From the IMG/VR virus record IMGVR_UViG_3300020202_000165, positions 1-37,940 of that record: a DNA stretch of 37,940 nt. One strand, written 5' to 3'. How positions within the stretch are numbered: the stretch's first letter is position 1; every line of letters starts with the position of its first letter. The stretch comes from a virus. Lineage: Duplodnaviria; Caudoviricetes. A program made the translations under genes and the position numbers. The notes beneath the pieces are model-generated. The model saw nothing but the letters and a program-made list of their open reading frames with translations, did not search any database and was not told the origin of the DNA. Positions 34,022 through 37,940 of this stretch are shown here, in pieces.

Positions 34022-34055
34022 AAACAAAAACCCCCGCCGGGGTAAGCGGCGGGGG
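34022..34055 (-). terminator. Rho-independent terminator downstream of repressor gene
   Basis: CCCCCGCCG-loop-CGGCGGGGG followed by TTTTTGTTT on - strand. Confidence 0.88.
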
Positions 34056-34090
34056 CGAGGGTGCCGAGGCTGAAACGGCGAATAGGTGGC

Positions 34091-34405
34091 TCAGTGAACC
34101 TGTTCGGGAGACAGCCCCGGTAACTTGGCGATCAGCTCAAGCGGCAATCCGGCGCGGATGCCGCGATAGATGAAATCCATGGTGACGCCTGTGGCCTCGC
34201 ACAAGCGCCGGCCCTCCAGGGGTTTGGGGACACGGCTGCCCTTCTCCCAGTTGTTAATGGCGGGCTGGGTAAGCCCCACCTTTCCGGCCAAATCCTCCTG
34301 CGTCCAGTCGAACGCCAGGCGGATCGCTTTGATGCGGCCCCCAACCGAATCCATGTCAGGCGGGGCCTCGGGTTTCTTGCGTCGAGCCATGCCCAACGAT
34401 GGCAT
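34091..34405 (-). CDS. cI: CI-like repressor, XRE HTH only (no S24 peptidase domain)
   Basis: RIKAIRLAFDWTQEDLAGKVGLTQPAINNWEKG; divergent from cro across operators; start may be 34390. Confidence 0.85.
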   Translation of the reverse strand: MPSLGMARRKKPEAPPDMDSVGGRIKAIRLAFDWTQEDLAGKVGLTQPAINNWEKGSRVPKPLEGRRLCEATGVTMDFIYRGIRAGLPLELIAKLPGLSPEQVH

Positions 34406-34419
34406 TCCCAGGCACGAAA

Positions 34420-34469
34420 ATCACATCACGTGATATTCTCTTGCAAGACATCACGCGTCGTGATAAACG
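34420..34469 (+). promoter_or_regulatory. PR promoter with two operators (OR)
   Basis: Operators ATCAC-N5-GTGAT at 34420-34434 and 34450-34464; -35 TTGCAA (34441-34446), 17 nt, -10 TAAACG (34464-34469). Confidence 0.85.
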
Positions 34470-34475
34470 TGCGGT

Positions 34476-34664
34476 ATGGACGCAGTGAAGGTCATTGATG
34501 AGGAGTTCGACGGTCCGACCAAGCTGGCCGCGCTGCTGAGTGAGGTGACTGGTCACAAGTTCACCCAGCCGCAGGTTTCCAACTGGAAAGAGCGCGGCAT
34601 CCCTTGGCGCTGGCGGCCGGTCATTGACCGGCTCCGCGCGGCCAAGCAGAGCGAGGCGGCCTAA
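34476..34664 (+). CDS. cro: Cro-like HTH protein
   Basis: GPTKLAALL...TQPQVSNWKERGIP; 62 aa; divergent from cI. Confidence 0.82.
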   Translation: MDAVKVIDEEFDGPTKLAALLSEVTGHKFTQPQVSNWKERGIPWRWRPVIDRLRAAKQSEAA

Positions 34665-34852
34665 GTGGGGCGCGTCGAGCCATCGCCTTCCTTGCCGGGC
34701 GCCACGGCGAAGCGCTTCAGCGCCTCCCATACGGCCTCCATCTGGTCATCGGTCACCCAGGGGTCTACCGCCGCCCATGCCCGCCGCATGCGGGGGGTCA
34801 GGTCAGCCGGCAAGGTGATCGTTGTTCCCCTATGTCGATTGGCCCGCGCCAT
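34661..34852 (-). CDS. Hypothetical antisense protein (about 63 aa)
   Basis: MARANRHRGTTITLPADLTPRMRRAW...; converges on cro stop with 4-nt overlap. Confidence 0.4.
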   Translation of the reverse strand: MARANRHRGTTITLPADLTPRMRRAWAAVDPWVTDDQMEAVWEALKRFAVAPGKEGDGSTRPT

Positions 34853-35035
34853 TTCAGTCCAGACCGGCGGGTTTCCAAAGACGGTCGTGTCCCATCGCCG
34901 CATTCCCATCTCCTGCAAAGCAGTTGCCCCAGTTGGTAGCAAGCCTAAGCAGGTTCGCGGAAACGGATGGTGTAGAGAATTGTTCAAGTGGCAATTTTGT
35001 GACGCTGGTCACGTATTCGCCCGCCGCATGCCGGC

Positions 35036-35146
35036 TCACCAGGGCGCCGGCCAGACCCCCAGCCAAGCCCCGATCCACGCGAGCAGCGCGACCATGCCCG
35101 CTGCGCTCGCGATGATGATCGATCCGATCCAGCGCCCGTTGCGCAT
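35036..35146 (-). CDS. Small antisense membrane peptide (36 aa)
   Basis: Read manually: MRNGRWIGSIIIASAAGMVALLAWIGAWLGVWPAPW; AGGA 7 nt before ATG. Confidence 0.4.
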   Translation of the reverse strand: MRNGRWIGSIIIASAAGMVALLAWIGAWLGVWPAPW

Positions 35147-35174
35147 CGCTCGATCCTATCAGGTGGGGGCGTAG

Positions 35175-35441
35175 ATGAGCGCGCGGGCGCACGCAGAGCG
35201 GTTCCTTGCGGCTTGCCCGGAGGATGTGCGGGCTGCGCTCAGGCGCACCACGATTGACTGTGAGGGCGTAAACCTGCTGTGGCGCGGCGAGCCGCGCTAT
35301 TGGCTCTCGCCGTCCGTCCAGATTTCGTTTCTGCCGTTCGGCAACGTCTACGTGCGTGTTACCGGCCAGATGAGGCGCCATACGCACATCGACCGCCTGC
35401 TCTCCAATTATCCGCGCGAGGTCAGTCATGATCCAGCCTGA
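35175..35441 (+). CDS. Hypothetical protein
   Basis: ATG after AGGTGGGGG. Confidence 0.4.
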   Translation: MSARAHAERFLAACPEDVRAALRRTTIDCEGVNLLWRGEPRYWLSPSVQISFLPFGNVYVRVTGQMRRHTHIDRLLSNYPREVSHDPA

Positions 35442-35676
35442 CCCGCGCAACGACGCTTCCCGCGACATCCCCGAGCCTCACCCAGTTACCCGCTCGGCTG
35501 ATGTCCTTCACTTCCCCATTACCAGCCGCATGCAGCAGCGCCTTGCTCGCGCGCAGCAAGCGGCCTCTCTCGTTCAAGTCATCAACCTGCTCAGCGAATG
35601 CAGCGAGATCAGCCGCCAAGCTTTCAATCTCCGCTGCCGTGCTGAGCGCATCCTGCGGGGGCTGCGATGCCCCTAG
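35428..35676 (+). CDS. Hypothetical protein
   Basis: SD GAGG; overlaps upstream ORF. Confidence 0.45.
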   Translation: MIQPDPRNDASRDIPEPHPVTRSADVLHFPITSRMQQRLARAQQAASLVQVINLLSECSEISRQAFNLRCRAERILRGLRCP

Positions 35677-35741
35677 AGCTTCGTTCTCCACCTCCTGAAC
35701 TGATCGATCCCTCTGCATGCCAAGAACATGCAGGAGGACCG

Positions 35742-36137
35742 ATGTCGCGTTCACTGGACAAAATGGACAGCGATGTGCCGGCGATGGCGCTCGACCAAGA
35801 CGGCTACACGCTGTTGGTCGCCGACGCGCTGCAGAAGGATTTCGGGCAGGGCCGGAACGCCATCAAGCGTATAGCCGCCGCGGCGAATAGCAACATCAAG
35901 GCGGCGAAGAATTGGTACTACGGCGTCAACGCGCCGGGCGGCCTGCATCTGCTTCGCCTGATGGCGCACAGTCCGACGCTGGCGAGTGAAGCGCGCCGTT
36001 TGGCTGCGATGGAATCGAACATGGACCCCGCCTTTGAGCGGGCGATGCATCAGGCGGTCAGCTTGTTCATGCGTCTTCCCCGTCCAGAGCAGGACGCGGC
36101 GATGCGCCGCATGGCGAGAGCGGAGGGCGCAGATTGA
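35742..36137 (+). CDS. CII-like HTH transcriptional regulator (putative)
   Basis: SD AGGAGG; AIKRIAAAANSNIKAAKNWYYGVNAPGGLHLLRLM HTH-like; downstream of cro. Confidence 0.6.
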   Translation: MSRSLDKMDSDVPAMALDQDGYTLLVADALQKDFGQGRNAIKRIAAAANSNIKAAKNWYYGVNAPGGLHLLRLMAHSPTLASEARRLAAMESNMDPAFERAMHQAVSLFMRLPRPEQDAAMRRMARAEGAD

Positions 36138-36397
36138 TGACCGACCAACTCGCCGCCGCCTACACCGCCACCGCCGAGAAGCTGATCGGCAAGAACAGCT
36201 ACGTCGTCTCTCGCGATGTTCCGGTAGAGGACATGCCTCCGGCGGCGCGTGATGAAGCTCTCCGCGCTGCCGTCACCGAGCTTGCGATCACCCGCCTTGC
36301 TCTTGCGCTGGCCTGCCAGGACGTGTCCGCGGGCTTCATCCAGAAGGGCGGCAAGCCTGTTCTCCCACCGAAGCCTGCACCGGAGGCGATTGCATGA
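36137..36397 (+). CDS. Hypothetical protein
   Basis: TGATG coupling; DVSAGFI motif. Confidence 0.6.
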   Translation: MTDQLAAAYTATAEKLIGKNSYVVSRDVPVEDMPPAARDEALRAAVTELAITRLALALACQDVSAGFIQKGGKPVLPPKPAPEAIA

Positions 36398-36504
36398 CCA
36401 GCGCCCGCTTTCCCCATCGCGCCCCTAGTTGGCTCGGCTGCCTTGCTCTTGGCGGCGGGACGTGGGCGCTTGGCTGGGCCGCGATCATGTGGGTGTTCGG
36501 GTGA
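36394..36504 (+). CDS. Small membrane peptide (36 aa)
   Basis: Read manually: MTSARFPHRAPSWLGCLALGGGTWALGWAAIMWVFG; SD GGAGG; ATGA and GTGA couplings. Confidence 0.5.
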   Translation: MTSARFPHRAPSWLGCLALGGGTWALGWAAIMWVFG

Positions 36505-36671
36505 CCGAACTCACCCGCCGCCTCTCCGCTCTCCGGGACGCCGGCCAGGCTGCCTGCCTGCTGCTGTGGGTGTTCTTTCTCGGAGCCTTGGCGCTCTACG
36601 CCGTGACCAGCCCGATCACGCTGACCGTGATGCTGGCGGCGATGTTCTTCAAGCGGGGGATGTGCGGATGA
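36501..36671 (+). CDS. Small membrane protein (56 aa)
   Basis: GTG start; long hydrophobic segment CLLLWVFFLGALALYAVTSPITLTVMLAAMFF. Confidence 0.5.
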   Translation: MTELTRRLSALRDAGQAACLLLWVFFLGALALYAVTSPITLTVMLAAMFFKRGMCG

Positions 36672-37114
36672 GCGCGCTCAAATTCAATCTGATCTATCCC
36701 GGCTCGCGACTCGACCGCAAGCCACCCGCGTTGGTCGCCGCGTTCCTCGCCGGCATCCGCGATGGTGCCGACGCGGCGCCGTGGCGAGACGAGTTCCAGA
36801 CTGGAAGCGCCACCCCATCGGCGACCCTCAATTACGAGCGCGGGCGCATCGCGGCAATCGTTGGGCCGAAGGCCGCGCCGCTCGACGCGCTGAACATCGC
36901 GCTCAAGACGAAGGCCATTCCGACCCCCGGGCGCTGGCGGGGCGTTGAGCCCAGCGCGGTTTCCTCCCTGAAACTCCCCCGGCTCAGCGATGGGCCGGGG
37001 GCTCTTTCCCGAGATTCCATCTCGCCGTCGATCCCGCCAGCAAAGCCGACGGCGAGCGGCGGCCGTGTGACCCCCTCATCCCACACGGCCGCCAACCTAT
37101 CGGAGGCGCCATGA
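36668..37114 (+). CDS. Hypothetical protein
   Basis: MSALKFN start by ATGA coupling; AFLAGIRDG...LNYERGR core; low-complexity C-terminus. Confidence 0.55.
   Translation: MSALKFNLIYPGSRLDRKPPALVAAFLAGIRDGADAAPWRDEFQTGSATPSATLNYERGRIAAIVGPKAAPLDALNIALKTKAIPTPGRWRGVEPSAVSSLKLPRLSDGPGALSRDSISPSIPPAKPTASGGRVTPSSHTAANLSEAP
36976..37009 (+). terminator. Intragenic terminator-like hairpin (tR-like)
   Basis: CCCCCGGC...GCCGGGGG stem followed by CTCTTTCC. Confidence 0.4.
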
Positions 37115-37500
37115 AGCGCCGGCAGTCAGAGCAATCCCTGCACCGCGCCGTTGCGCAGTACCTCGACGCGGCGCTGCCGAAAAGCATGTTCTGGACCACG
37201 TTTCCGGCGGGCGGTGGCGGGCGCATTCGCGGGGCTCAGCTAAAGGCGATGGGGCTCCGCGCCGGGGTGCCCGACCTTTTGATCATGTGGAACGCCGCCA
37301 CCCTGGGGATTCTGCAAGTCGGCTGGATCGAGCTGAAGGCCAAGCGCGGGATGGTGAGCATGGTGCAGGACATCGTGCACCACGACTTGCGTCGCATGGG
37401 CTGCCACGTCGCCTGCTGCCGCTCCCTTGATGACGTGCAAGAGACGCTGATTGGGTGGGGGATCGTGCCTAAGGCCACTGTCAGCAGGAGGGCTGCATGA
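37111..37500 (+). CDS. VRR-NUC domain nuclease (Holliday junction resolvase-like)
   Basis: SEQSLH, AMGLRAGVPDLLI, WIELKAKRG, Q...LRRMG, CRSLDDV. Confidence 0.85.
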   Translation: MKRRQSEQSLHRAVAQYLDAALPKSMFWTTFPAGGGGRIRGAQLKAMGLRAGVPDLLIMWNAATLGILQVGWIELKAKRGMVSMVQDIVHHDLRRMGCHVACCRSLDDVQETLIGWGIVPKATVSRRAA

Positions 37501-37775
37501 GGGTGGAAGTGGATGTCGATGTCTTCGACGTTCTGGACGAAGTGCCGAACGAGGATTTGCTTGAAGAAGTGGCCATTCGAGGCCTCAACGTGCCAACCGG
37601 CGTCAAGGATGACGATCTGTGGCGTTTGCTGGCGATGATTGAGTCCGGCTCCCCTGGCGCGGCTGCTGACGAACTGCGCGAGATGCTGCGTCACATCGGC
37701 GAAGTAGATCGCCGCCGCGAGTGGGACGCCGTGAAGTCCGGGGAGCATCCATTCCTCCGGGCGGGCCGCGCATGA
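37497..37775 (+). CDS. Hypothetical acidic protein
   Basis: SD AGGAGG; VDVDVFDVLDEVPNEDLLEEVAIRGL. Confidence 0.7.
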   Translation: MRVEVDVDVFDVLDEVPNEDLLEEVAIRGLNVPTGVKDDDLWRLLAMIESGSPGAAADELREMLRHIGEVDRRREWDAVKSGEHPFLRAGRA

Positions 37776-37940
37776 CCCGCCCCCGCACCGGCTGGGAGCG
37801 CCACTGCCTGAGGCAGAAGATCAAGCGCACAGCCCAGCTCCGTCGAGAGACGGCACAGAGAGACTTCCCGGTGCTGAAGAGGCCGGAGAAGGGGATTCGG
37901 ATTTCGGCCAGTAGGCCGACGACCGGAGGGGCAAGAGTAT
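37772..37940 (+). CDS. Hypothetical protein (3' truncated)
   Basis: ATGA coupling; open to window end (MTRPRTGWERHCLRQKIKR...). Confidence 0.4.
   Translation, partial: MTRPRTGWERHCLRQKIKRTAQLRRETAQRDFPVLKRPEKGIRISASRPTTGGARV

Larger units (their letters stand above)
1..37940. mobile_element. Temperate podovirus-like phage/prophage genome segment (incomplete: terminase and replication genes outside window)
   Basis: Ordered portal-scaffold-capsid-adaptor-nozzle-ejection-fibre-lysis genes on +, early-left operon on -, divergent cI/cro switch with operators; no host housekeeping genes; no tape measure or tail tube. Confidence 0.95.

Overview
The whole window is a large part of a GC-rich, temperate, short-tailed (P22/lambdoid-organised) dsDNA phage or prophage. 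The likely host is an alphaproteobacterium; this is inferred from the gene families and the many ORFs ending in ...EAA-stop. It starts inside the portal gene. The + strand late operon runs: portal, scaffold, N4-gp56/DUF4043-type major capsid, decoration protein, a six-gene glycosyltransferase/methyltransferase cassette, adaptor, Ser/Thr-rich virion proteins, tail nozzle, ejection proteins, tail fibre and lysis genes (GH108 endolysin, 3TM holin). A ~230-bp AT-rich junction follows, then a long - strand early-left operon (SSB, PD-(D/E)XK exonuclease, DUF968-like nuclease, Lar, RNA ligase, many small ORFs). After that come a cI/cro switch with four ATCAC-N5-GTGAT operators and the start of the early-right operon. 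Terminase and replication genes are not in the window. Two observations stand out. (1) No integrase is visible at the late/early junction; instead there is a 28-bp dif-like XerC/XerD site, suggesting a tailed phage that borrows host Xer recombinases. (2) A TPR-GT9 + two GT-A + two methyltransferase cassette sits inside the head module, suggesting phage-encoded methylated glycosylation of the virion. All family calls come from motif recognition by eye, not from database searches.
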